64,000 nt of DNA from positions 524,757 through 588,756 of the forward strand of contig CBDUPA010000002.1 in assembly GCA_965368975.1 (NCBI GenBank). The letters are read 5' to 3'. The notes beneath the pieces were generated by a model. It was given only the letters and a program-made list of their open reading frames with translations. It was not told the origin of the DNA and did no database searches. Made by a program: the position numbers and the translations under genes. The DNA is from an uncultured bacterium. GTDB taxonomy: Bacteria; Acidobacteriota; Thermoanaerobaculia; Multivoradales; JAHZIX01. How positions within the stretch are numbered: position 1 is the first letter of the stretch; the number at the start of each line of letters is the position of its first letter. Below, in pieces: positions 20,314 to 30,300 of the stretch.

Positions 20314-20402
20314 GGACACTGCTGAGTAGCATCGCTGAGCAGGAACACCGCTGAGCTGGGATACTGCCGAGCAGAGACACACCGAGTGGAGCACCGCCGA
20401 GT
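20314..20402. repeat. Six degenerate 13-16 nt tandem repeats (core CACYGCYGAG) in a divergent intergenic region
   Basis: Units ggacactgctgagta / gcatcgctgagca / ggaacaccgctgagct / gggatactgccgagca / gagacacaccgagt / ggagcaccgccgagt. Confidence 0.65.
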
Positions 20403-20500
20403 GGAATCTAGGCCAGAAGTGAAAGGGTCGCAGGCGCTCCGTCGGCGCGGCCAGCCGGAACCCCGCATGCTAGCAGATCAGCGCACCTCGATTCGACGCG

Positions 20501-20983
20501 ATGAAGGATCTTGCACTTACCACCCCAGAGGCCACCCCAGAGGCCACCCCAGGAGGCCCGACGCTCGGCATCGACTTCGGCGAACGCCGTATCGGTGTCG
20601 CGGTATCCGATCCGGCAGGCCGAATGGCGCTGCCCTTGACTACCATCGAGCGCAAGAATGACCGCCAGGCTCGGCGGGCACTCGGCCGCCTGGCACGTGA
20701 ACACGATGCGGCCACGCTGGTGCTGGGCGAACCGCGACGCCTGGACGGCAGTGCCGGCGATGCTGCCGAGCGCGTGCGTGCCTTCGGCCAGCGTCTGGCC
20801 ACCGACACGGGACTGCCGATCGAGCTGGTGAACGAAGCCCTGACCTCGGTCGAGGCCGAGGAGCGACTGCGCGCTGCCGGTGTCGACCCGCGGCGGAACC
20901 GCGAACGCGTCGACGCGGTGGCCGCCCAGATCTTGCTCCAGGAGTACCTGGATCGACGCGCTCGAGAGAGGGAGACAGGATGA
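20501..20983 (+). CDS. ruvX: Holliday junction resolvase-like / pre-16S rRNA nuclease RuvX (YqgF)
   Basis: LGIDFGERRIGVAVSDP, VLGEP, NEALTS and VDAVAAQILLQEYL. Confidence 0.93.
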   Translation: MKDLALTTPEATPEATPGGPTLGIDFGERRIGVAVSDPAGRMALPLTTIERKNDRQARRALGRLAREHDAATLVLGEPRRLDGSAGDAAERVRAFGQRLATDTGLPIELVNEALTSVEAEERLRAAGVDPRRNRERVDAVAAQILLQEYLDRRARERETG

Positions 20984-22047
20984 AGCGATTGCTACGCTGG
21001 GCCGCGGTCTTGCTCGCGCTGGTCCTGCTGGTCGGTGGCGCCGCCGCCTGGCTCGGCTGGCGCTGGTTGCAGCAGCCCTACCAGGGGTACAGCGGCGAAC
21101 AGACAGTGCAGGTCGCCAGCGGAACCGGCGCCGGGCAGATCCTCGCCCAGCTGGAGGCCGCGGGCGTCTTGGAGGACGCGCGACCGACGCGCCTGTACCT
21201 GATTCACGTGCTCGGCGATCCAGCGCTCAAGGCAGGGGAGTACCGCTTCGAACAACCGCTGACGCCGCCGCAGGTACTCGACAAGCTGATCCAAGGCGAG
21301 GTGATCACTCACCCGGTGACCCTGATCGAAGGCCGGACACTGTATGAGGTTGCCGAGACCCTGGCGCAGGCCGGCTTCGGCGAGCTGGACACCTTCCTGG
21401 CCGAAATGCGCAACCCAACACGCATCGCCGACCTCGATCCCGAGGCCGACGACCTCGAAGGTTACCTCTTCCCCGACACCTACCGCTTCGCCCGCGGCAC
21501 GTCGGAGGCGGCGATCGTCGACACGCTGGTGCGCACCTTCCGCGACCGCTACCTGGAAGAAGTCGAGCCGCTGATGGACGAGCGAGACAGCGACCTGAAC
21601 CTGAACTTGCGGCGCCTGATGACGCTGGCCAGCATCATCGAGAAAGAAGCCCAGCTCGACGAAGAGCGGCCGGTGATCAGCGGCGTCTACACCAACCGCC
21701 TGCGACGCGGCATGCTGCTGCAGGCCGACCCGACGGTGATCTACGGCTTGGTTCGCCTCGGCACCTACGACGGCAACCTGCGACGCCCGGACCTGCGTGT
21801 CGACTCCCCCTACAACACCTATCGCTACCCCGGCCTGCCACCGGGCCCGATCGCGTCGCCGGGGCTGAGCAGCCTGCTCGCCGCCGCGCAGCCGGCGGAC
21901 GTGCCCTACTACTACTTCGTCAGCCGCAACGACGGCTCCCACGTCTTTGCGCGCACCCTGCGCGAGCACAACCGCAACGTCGACGAATGGCAAAAACGCT
22001 ACTGGCGCCAGCGCTGGGCCGAGGAGCGGCAACGGCGTCAACCTTGA
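20980..22047 (+). CDS. mltG: Endolytic transglycosylase MltG
   Basis: N-terminal TM, LKAGEY, LEGYLFPDTY, LASIIEKEA, LQADPTV and SPYNTYRYPGLPPGPI. Confidence 0.95.
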   Translation: MKRLLRWAAVLLALVLLVGGAAAWLGWRWLQQPYQGYSGEQTVQVASGTGAGQILAQLEAAGVLEDARPTRLYLIHVLGDPALKAGEYRFEQPLTPPQVLDKLIQGEVITHPVTLIEGRTLYEVAETLAQAGFGELDTFLAEMRNPTRIADLDPEADDLEGYLFPDTYRFARGTSEAAIVDTLVRTFRDRYLEEVEPLMDERDSDLNLNLRRLMTLASIIEKEAQLDEERPVISGVYTNRLRRGMLLQADPTVIYGLVRLGTYDGNLRRPDLRVDSPYNTYRYPGLPPGPIASPGLSSLLAAAQPADVPYYYFVSRNDGSHVFARTLREHNRNVDEWQKRYWRQRWAEERQRRQP

Positions 22048-22252
22048 CGGTCGCGACAGTCTGGCTGGCCTGGCCAGGCCGACGCCGCGCGTTGACACAC
22101 CACCGCCGGTGGTATATGTCTAGTTTTCTACAGCCAAAAGTGCCCATAATGGATCGAAGATTCCGGGCTAGTAGCTGTCGATGCACAACTCCACTAAGAG
22201 CTGGCTTCCACATGCAGAGCTGGCAAGCAGCGCGTCTCGATGAGGTGAGGGA

Positions 22253-24268
22253 ATGAATACCCGCGAAGAGTTCGGCAAGTACACCCTACTGCGCAAGTTG
22301 ACCGAGGACGCCCTCGGCGAAACGTTTCGCGCCGGTCGCAGCGATGGAACAGGTGCCATCGACCAGGTGGTCCTGCTGCGTGTGTTCAACGGTCACGGCC
22401 TGGATGGCAACGCGCTCTGGCAACACACCGCCCAGCGCGCCGAGATCCACAAGCTGCTGAACAGTCCCAACCTGGCTCAGGGTTTGGACTACGGCGAGCA
22501 GCAGAATGTTCCCTTCGCCGCTTACGACTACATCTCGGGCAAGGACCTCGGTTCGCTGTGGGAGGAAGCCAACAAGCAGCACAATCCGATCCCCACGGAC
22601 CAGGCGCTGCTGATCACCGAGCGCATCGCGCTCGGACTGACTTCGGCCTACGAGACCCGGCTGCGGGACCAACGCATCCTGCACGGCTTCGTCAACCCGA
22701 ACATGGTGATGATCTCGAACGAGGGTGAGATCCGGCTGCTCGGCTTCGAATCCGCTCCCGGCCTGCGCGAGCTGGCGGCAAGCAACGCCGCACCCCGCAC
22801 CTTCGCCCGCTACCTGGCACCGGAAGCCTTGGCGGGCGAAGTGCCGCACAAGAGTGACGATGTCTACTCTCTGGGCGTCATTCTCTACGAGCTGTTGACC
22901 GGCGAAGCCCTGCCGGCCGCCACCGCCGAAGGCTATGGCGGCGTCATCGACGCGGCCCGCCTGGCGGCGGACGAAGTGCCGATGCCCGCCGAACTCGCTG
23001 GCCTGCTCAAGCGCAGCCTGGTCGGCCGCGGCGAGCGCATCGCCGACGCCGTCAGCTGGCACAAAGAACTGAACCGCCTGATGATCGAGGGCCAGTACAA
23101 CCCCACGACCTTCAACCTGGCGTTCTTCATGCACAGCCTGTTCCGCGAAGACATCGAGCGGGAGAATCGCGAGATCCAGGCTGAGAAGTCCGGCGAGCTG
23201 AGCGGCGAGAAGCAGCAAATGATGGTGCCCGAGACCGGCGCGGTCGAGACCATGATGATCAACACCGCCGACCTGCCAATCCCACAGCAGGCTCCGGAAC
23301 CGGCCCCCAAGCGCTCGATGCTACCGCTGGTGGCGGTACTGCTGATCGTCCTGGTCGGCGGTGCGGCCGCGGCCTACTACTTCCTCGTGCTCAACAAGCC
23401 ACCGGCACAGGTCGAGGTACCGCCGCCACCACCGCCGGCTGAACCGGTCGGCCCGAGCGAAGAAGAACAGCGCCTGGCCACCGAGCTGGAAGCACTGCGC
23501 GCCCAGATGGCAGAGCAAATGGCTCAGATGGCCGAGATGGTCGACAGCCAGTCGCGCGAGAACCAGCGCGAGCTGCAACAGCAGCAGGAAGAGCGGATGC
23601 GCGAACTCCAGGAGCAGCTGGACGGCGCAACGGCCGCTCGCGAGCGCGAGGCGCAGCAGCGCGCGGAAGCGGAAGCTGCCGCCGAGGCCGCCGCTCAGCA
23701 GCTGGCGCAGCAAGAGGAGCCGGAAGCCACCGAACCGGGAGTAGCGGCCCAGGAAGCCAGCACGACCGAGGCTGCAGCGGGCGCAGCGGAAGCAGCTGCT
23801 ACGGGCACTCCAGCACCGGCAACAACCCAGCTGGCCCAGGTGACACCACCACCGCCACCGCCGGAAAGGACCACGACGACACCTCCGCCGCCACAGCCCA
23901 CGACGACAACGACCACCACCACCACGCGTCCACGCACGCCGCCACCACCACCACCGGAACAGACCGTGCGGCGTGGCCAGCTAGTGACCCCAGGCGCCGG
24001 CGTCGTGCAACCGCAGATCCTCGAGAAGCCGGACCCACGCATCCCGCCGGTGGCCAAGCGAGCCCGGCGCAAGGGCGTCGTGCACCTGCAGATCCTGGTC
24101 GATGAGAACGGCAAAGTCGTGCAGGTGAAGCAGGAAGGCGAAGAGCTCGGCCTCGGCCTCGACGAAGCCTCCATCGAAGCCGCACGCCGCATCCGCGCCC
24201 GCCCCGCCACCAAAGACGGCGTGCCGGTCAAGATGTGGATCGGCATCAACTATCAGTTCGCGCTCTAG
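22253..24268 (+). CDS. Ser/Thr kinase-like (pseudokinase) domain, TM, coiled-coil/Pro-rich linker and TonB C-terminal domain
   Basis: Kinase C-lobe YLAPE...DVYSLGVILYELLTG; TM LVAVLLIVLVGG; Pro/Thr-rich stalk; TonB-C GVVHLQILVDENGKV...PATKDGVPV. Confidence 0.85.
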   Translation: MNTREEFGKYTLLRKLTEDALGETFRAGRSDGTGAIDQVVLLRVFNGHGLDGNALWQHTAQRAEIHKLLNSPNLAQGLDYGEQQNVPFAAYDYISGKDLGSLWEEANKQHNPIPTDQALLITERIALGLTSAYETRLRDQRILHGFVNPNMVMISNEGEIRLLGFESAPGLRELAASNAAPRTFARYLAPEALAGEVPHKSDDVYSLGVILYELLTGEALPAATAEGYGGVIDAARLAADEVPMPAELAGLLKRSLVGRGERIADAVSWHKELNRLMIEGQYNPTTFNLAFFMHSLFREDIERENREIQAEKSGELSGEKQQMMVPETGAVETMMINTADLPIPQQAPEPAPKRSMLPLVAVLLIVLVGGAAAAYYFLVLNKPPAQVEVPPPPPPAEPVGPSEEEQRLATELEALRAQMAEQMAQMAEMVDSQSRENQRELQQQQEERMRELQEQLDGATAAREREAQQRAEAEAAAEAAAQQLAQQEEPEATEPGVAAQEASTTEAAAGAAEAAATGTPAPATTQLAQVTPPPPPPERTTTTPPPPQPTTTTTTTTTRPRTPPPPPPEQTVRRGQLVTPGAGVVQPQILEKPDPRIPPVAKRARRKGVVHLQILVDENGKVVQVKQEGEELGLGLDEASIEAARRIRARPATKDGVPVKMWIGINYQFAL

Positions 24269-24293
24269 GCAGTTCGCGCTCTAGCCGTTCGCG
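24254..24293 (+). repeat. 16-nt direct tandem repeat duplicating the end of the TonB-fusion gene
   Basis: cagttcgcgctctagg / cagttcgcgctctagc / partial cgttcgcg. Confidence 0.7.
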
Positions 24294-24315
24294 TGGCCAA
24301 ACAGCTTGCCCGCCG

Positions 24316-27300
24316 TCAGCGGCGGCGGCGAACCGTGCGGAACAGCTTTGCTCGAGCCTCCTGCAGGGCCTCTTCCTGACTGGAAGCTTCCTGAGAGGCT
24401 TGCCTCGACGAACCCTCGGCTACCTCTCCAACCTTCGGGGACGGTGCCGGGGGTTCCGTGCTTTCCAGGCTGTGCGCCAGATCCTCCAGGCGCGGGAGCT
24501 CGAAGAGGCGGCGTAGCGGCACCTCGACACCGAAGATCTGCCGGATGCGCGAGACCACCTGGGTGGCCAACAAGGAGTGACCGCCAAGACGGAAGAAGTG
24601 GTCATCAAGGCCGATCTGCTCGCGCCCCAACACCTCGCTCCAGATCCCGGCTAGCTGCCGCTGTGTTTCGGTGCCCGGCGCACGACGCTGCGACCTCGCG
24701 CCCACATCCACGGACATGGCGAGCTCGGCGAGAGCCCGGCGGTCGACCTTGCCGTGCGCATTGACTGGCAGACGCTCCACCACCTGGAAAGCGGACGGCA
24801 GCAGTGCCGCCGGCAGGTACTGGCGCAGATAGTCAAGCAGGCTCTCGGTGTCGAGAGCCGCGCTCGACCCGTCCACCAACTCCACGAACGCGAGCAGCTG
24901 GACAGCGGCCCCATCTCGTTGTGCCGGCACTGCCCGCTGCACGTACACCGCCGCTTGCCGCACGTGCGAGTATCCCTCGAGCAGGGTCTCGATCTCCCCT
25001 GGTTCCAGTCGAATCCCACGCACCTTGACCTGGAAATCACGCCTGCCGACAAAGGCGAGCGTACCGTCGTGGTGCCAGCGGACCAGGTCTCCCGTGCGGT
25101 AGCAGCGCTCACCCGGCACACCATCGACGCCTCCTGGAACACCCGGCACGAAGGCAACGGCAGTCAAGGCCGGACGGCGGTGGTACCCGCGCGCCAGCGA
25201 TGCGCCGGAGATACTCAACTCGCCCGGTACGCCGGCGGGCACGGGCTGGCCGTGCGCGTCGAGCACGTGCAGGCGGCTGCCGGGTACCGGTCGACCGATC
25301 GGCGGCAGCTGCGGCCAGTTCTCGACGCTATCGTTCACGGCCAGAGAATGGCGACTGACCACGTGGCTCTCGGTGGGGCCGTACTGGTTTTCCAGGCGAG
25401 CCCTGCCAACACCTGGTCGACCAGCGAACAACACGCGCACCTCCGGCGTCACGCGCAGTGCTTCACCCGCCGTGTGCACCACGCGCAAGCTCGACGGCAT
25501 CGCCCCACCGGCTGCCGCCGCCAACGCCAGCTGGCGCAGCAAGACCACCGGCACGAACAAGCGCTCGACACCGTAGCGCGCGAGCCAGCTCAGCAAGGCC
25601 GGTGGGTCGATGCGAACTTCAGGAACCGGCATCACCAGAGTGCCTCCGCCCCGGTCTTCAGCTGCATCACTGCAGAGGGTGCTCAGCATTTCCTGTAGCG
25701 AGACGTCGAAGGTCGGTGCCGTGAACTGGAGGGTGCGACCGCGATCCGTCCGGGCGCCTGCCGACTCAGACGCCGACACTGGCACCGCCGCCAGAGCCTC
25801 TCGCTGCCACTGCAGCAGACGCGCCAACGCGGCGTGGGACACACACACACCCTTGGGCTGACCGGTGGATCCCGAGGTGTAGAGCAGATAGGCCCCCTGC
25901 TGGGGCAGAATCTCCGTCCGCGGCAGCACCTTCGGACTGGAGGGCGCCGCACCAGGCTCCACGTCGATGGTACGCCCATCCCAGCGAAGCTGCTCGACGT
26001 CCCAGCCCTGGCGGCTCGCGACCTCGAAGAGCTGTGGAGCGTCGACCCCGGCGAGCACCACATGCCGCACACCGGCGTCCTGGAGCAAGAAGGCCAGACG
26101 TTGCGGCGGGTCGTCCACCGACAGCGGCATGTAGATGCCGCCCGCGCGCAGCACCGCCAGCAGGGCTACCGCCAGGGCCGGCGAACCTGCCGCGGGCGTC
26201 AGCACCGCCACGACCTGCTCAGCAGCCACTCCGGCCGCCCGTAGTCGCACCGCCAGCTGCCCACTCTCGGCGTCGAGCTGGCGGTAGCTCAGGTGGACAT
26301 CGGGCCGACCGGCGCTGACTTCGCTAGCTGCGCCCCTGCTCGCATGCACCGCGATAGCGTGCGGAGCCTTGGCTGCCACGAGGGCAAATCGCTCCGGTGC
26401 GGTCAGCGGAGCTTTCTGACCTTCCAACAACGGCACCGCCCACTCGCGGAGCAGCTGATGGCGTGCCCCGGGCGCCAGCCAGGGCAGGTCGCCCAACCGC
26501 CGCCCCGGCGCCTCGACGATCGCCGCGAGCAGCACCCGGAATTGCTCGGCGAGGCGACGCATCGTCACCGCGTCGAACAGGTCCGCGGCATACTCCAGAC
26601 CGCACACCAACCCATCCGACATCTCGGCGAGCGAGCAGTTGAGGTCGAACTTTGAAGTACCGCTGGAGGTCTGCAGCGGCTGCAGAGTGAGAGCCCCGAG
26701 CCTGGACGCCGCAGCTGCGGAAGCCTCGAGCTTGGGCGGGTCCAGATTCTGCAAAGCGAACAGCACCTGGAACAGCGGCGAACGCGCCAGATCACGCTCC
26801 GGCTCCAGCTCCTCAACCAGTTTCTCGAACGGCACGTCCTGGTGGGCGTAGGCGTCCAGAGCCCGGGCACGCACCCGCGCCAACAGCTCTCGGAAGGTGG
26901 GGCCACCGTGAGACGGGGTGTGAGAGTCAGCGTGCAGATCCCCGCGTAGCACCAGCGTGTTGGCGAAGAAGCCGATCAGCGGCTCCAGCTCGCGCCGACG
27001 GCGATTGGCCACGGGCGTACCGACCAGCAGATCCATGCTCCCCGCCTGCTGAGCGAGACGCGATTCGGGACTCATCCCTGTCTGCCGGCGCAGCAACACG
27101 AAGAAGGCTGCCAGCAAGGTGATGAAGAGGGTGCTACCGCTCTGACGACCGAGCCGCACCAGGCCGTCGCGCAGATCCGGCGAATAGCGCACGACCACAG
27201 ACCCGCCACGCAGGCTCTGCACCGCCGGACGAGGCCGGTCGGAAGGTAATTCGAGCACCTGCGGCGCCCCGTCGAGCACCTGGCGCCAGTGCGCGATCTC

Positions 27301-30300
27301 GGCATCCAGCACGGCGCCGCGCAGCCACCGGCGCTGCCAGGCCGCGAAGTCGCCAACCTGGACGCGCAGGATCGGCAATCTTGCCTCGGTATCGGCGTAG
27401 AAGACCGCGATTTCATGGCGCAGCAGACCCAGCGACCAGCCATCGGCGACGATGTGGTGCACCGTCAGCAAGAGGACGTGCACGTGGCACGACCGGCGCA
27501 AAAGGCGAGCTCGCAGCAGCGGCGGCCGGGACAGGTCGAAGGGACAGCGTGCCTCACGCGCCAGCAGACGTGCTTGCTCGCTTTCCGCGGCGGCCGGCTC
27601 CAGCCTTCCGAGGTCCACGCAGGGCAGCTCGAGCGACAGCTGATCAACGGGCTCGATCTGTTGCACCGGCTCGCCGCCGTCTACCAGCACTCGGAAGCCT
27701 GTACGCAATGCCTCCTGGCGCGTCACCACCCGGCGCAGCGCCCGCTCCAGCGCGCGCACGTCGAGAGCACCGTGCAGCTCGAAGGCGGCCGGCATGTTGT
27801 ACTGCGGGCTCCCCGGGTCGAGCTGGTCGAGCAACCACAACCGCTGCTGGCCAAACGACAGCGGCGGCGGCTCGACGGGCCGACCGAGTTGCTCGACTCC
27901 TGGTACGGCCGGTTCGCGGGGCACAGGTTCCAGTGCAGGCATGGCAGCACTCAGGGGCTGCTCGCGGCGCTGCAACTGCTCGAGCTGAGCCGCCAGTGCC
28001 ACGACGGTGGGCGCCTGGAAGAAGGTCGCCAGCGGCACTTCGATACCCAAGGCCTCGCGCAGCCGCGCAATGGCGCGCGTGGCGAGCAGCGAGTGCCCAC
28101 CGAGGTCGAAGAAGTCGTCCTCCGCCCCCACCCGCAGCTCCGCGGTACGGTGCAGCACGTCGGAGAAGACATCCGCGATCACGTGCTCCAGCGGACCGCG
28201 CGGCGGCACGTACTCGGCTTCCGGCGCACCGGTCTGTGCCTGGTCAGGTGACGGCAGCTTGCCGAGCGCGATCTTGCCGCTGGCGTGCAAGGGCATCGCG
28301 TCGAGGAAGAGGAAGGCCGAGGGCACCATGTACTCTGGCAGCTTGCTTCCCAGGTGCGCGCGCAGCTCGTCGATCGTCGGCGCGGCTCCACCCGATGGCA
28401 CCACGTACGCAACCAGGCGCGCATCTCCCGCAGGCTCCTTCGACGTCCGGTGCAGCTGCACCAAGGCCCGCCCGACCCGCGCATGCTCGATGAGCGCCGC
28501 CTCGATCTCCCCCGGCTCAATGCGCAGGCCGCGCAACTTCACCTGGTGGTCCAGGCGACCGAGGATCTCCAGCTCGCCTCGGCGATTATGACGGCAGCGA
28601 TCGCCCGTCCGATACAGCCGCCCACCCCCCTGCGTCAGGCGACCGTTGGCGACGAACGGGTCCGGAACGAAGCGCTCGGCGGTCAACGAGGGCCGCCCCA
28701 GGTAGCCACGACCGACCGCCTCACCGCCGATGCACAGCTCCCCCGGGATCCCGATCGGCACCCCGCGTCCCCGCGGGTCCAGTACGTGCAGATGGATGTT
28801 GGCCATCGGCCAACCCAGGGGCACCGGCGACCTCGACTCGCCCGGCGGACAGGGCAGACAGACCACCTGCATCGCCGTCTCGGTCGGTCCGCAGACATGG
28901 AAGAACTGCGTGTCCGGCAGCGTGCGCTGAAAACGTTGCACCAGCTCCGTCGGCACCGTCTCGCCGCCGCACCACACCTGGCGCAGGCTGCGACAGGCGC
29001 CGCTGTCCGGGTGGTCCAGGTACGGCCACATCATCGACGGCACGAAGTGCGTCAGCGTCACGGCTTGCTCGCGGATGAGCCTCACCAGGTACCTCGGATC
29101 ACGATGCCCGCCCGGCCGCGCCAGCACCGTCGTTGCTCCGACCATCGGGCCGAGCAGCAGCTCCCACACCGAGACGTCGAAGCTGAAAGCCCCCTTGTGC
29201 AGAATGCGGTCGTCGAAGCCGAGCCCGAGGTGCTCGATCTGCCACAGCGTGTGGTTGACCGTTGCCCGCTGTGGGTTCATCGCTCCCTTGGGCCTGCCGG
29301 TCGAGCCGGAAGTGTAGATGACGAAGGCCAGCGGGTCCGCCTCGCAGGTCGGCGGCTGAGGCAGGGGCGGCAAGGGAACGAGCGCTCGCCGATCGATGGA
29401 CTCCGTTGGCGCGCCGCTCGCGTCCAGTTCGATGACGCGCGTCGACGTACCCGCGGCACCCGCCTGCAACAAGGACAGATCCGGCCGTGGCACGCCCAAC
29501 TGGACCGCCGCCGCCGCACTCAGCGTCAGGACCACCGGCGCGTGCGTATCCTCCAGGATGAACGCCAGCCGCTCCGGCGGATCGTCGGCGTCGAGCGGCA
29601 CCCAGGCGGCACCCGCCTCGAGCACCGCGCGCACCGCGATGGCCAGCGCCAAGCTGCGCGGCAACGCAATGCCGACCAGCTGGTCCGTCCCGGTGCCGCA
29701 CGCTCGCAGCACCCCAGCCAGCACACGTGCCCGTGCGTCCAGTGCGCCCAGACTGAGGTGCTGACGCCCAAACACCATGGCGACGAAATCCGGCAACTCG
29801 GGCACGAAACGCCGGCCGAGATCCTGCATCGTCAGATCCAGCAGATCACGGCCTTCCTGGTCGTGGCCTTGCTGGTCGTGGCCCTGCTCGCCGTGGCCCT
29901 GCTCGCCGTGGCCCTGCCCATCATGGAAAGCTTCCTCGAATGCCTCGTTCCACTCCACTTTCAACTGGTGACGCTCGGCAAGCGTCAGCAGGGACAAAGC
30001 CCCGAGCGGACAGTCTGGCCGCTTCAGCGCCGCCGTCAGCAGCGCACCGTAGTGGCGCAGTAGCCGGTCCATGGTCGTGGCGTCGAAGAGTTCGGCACTG
30101 TACAGCGCCACCGGCATCAGGTAGACGCCATCCCCGTCCGGCTCGGGGATCTGCTCGATCGACAGCGTCAAGTCGAAGATCGCCGTCAAGCGGCTACCGT
30201 CGAGCGCCTCCAACCGTAGGCCCGGCAAGCGCAAGCCTTCCGCTTGGGGTGCATTCTGCACTCCGAAGCTGACCTGGAACAGCGGATTGTGCGCCAGCGC

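Noticed and set aside
20314-20402. Possible CRISPR array
   Set aside because: Units are short, degenerate and adjacent, with no spacers and no cas genes in the window.
22092-22118. Sigma70 promoter upstream of the pseudokinase gene
   Set aside because: TTGACA is perfect, but the best -10 (TATATG) is at 15-nt spacing and lacks the final T; too weak to call.
24254-24293. Possible att site or target-site duplication for NRPS insertion
   Set aside because: The copies are adjacent rather than flanking the NRPS, no matching copy was seen near 31400-31640, and there is no integrase.
28285-30063. Long alternative ORFs (592 aa here; also 42815-44029, 37281-38531, 6263-7405)
   Set aside because: They overlap well-supported genes in antisense or shifted frames, have no motifs, and are expected in high-GC DNA.
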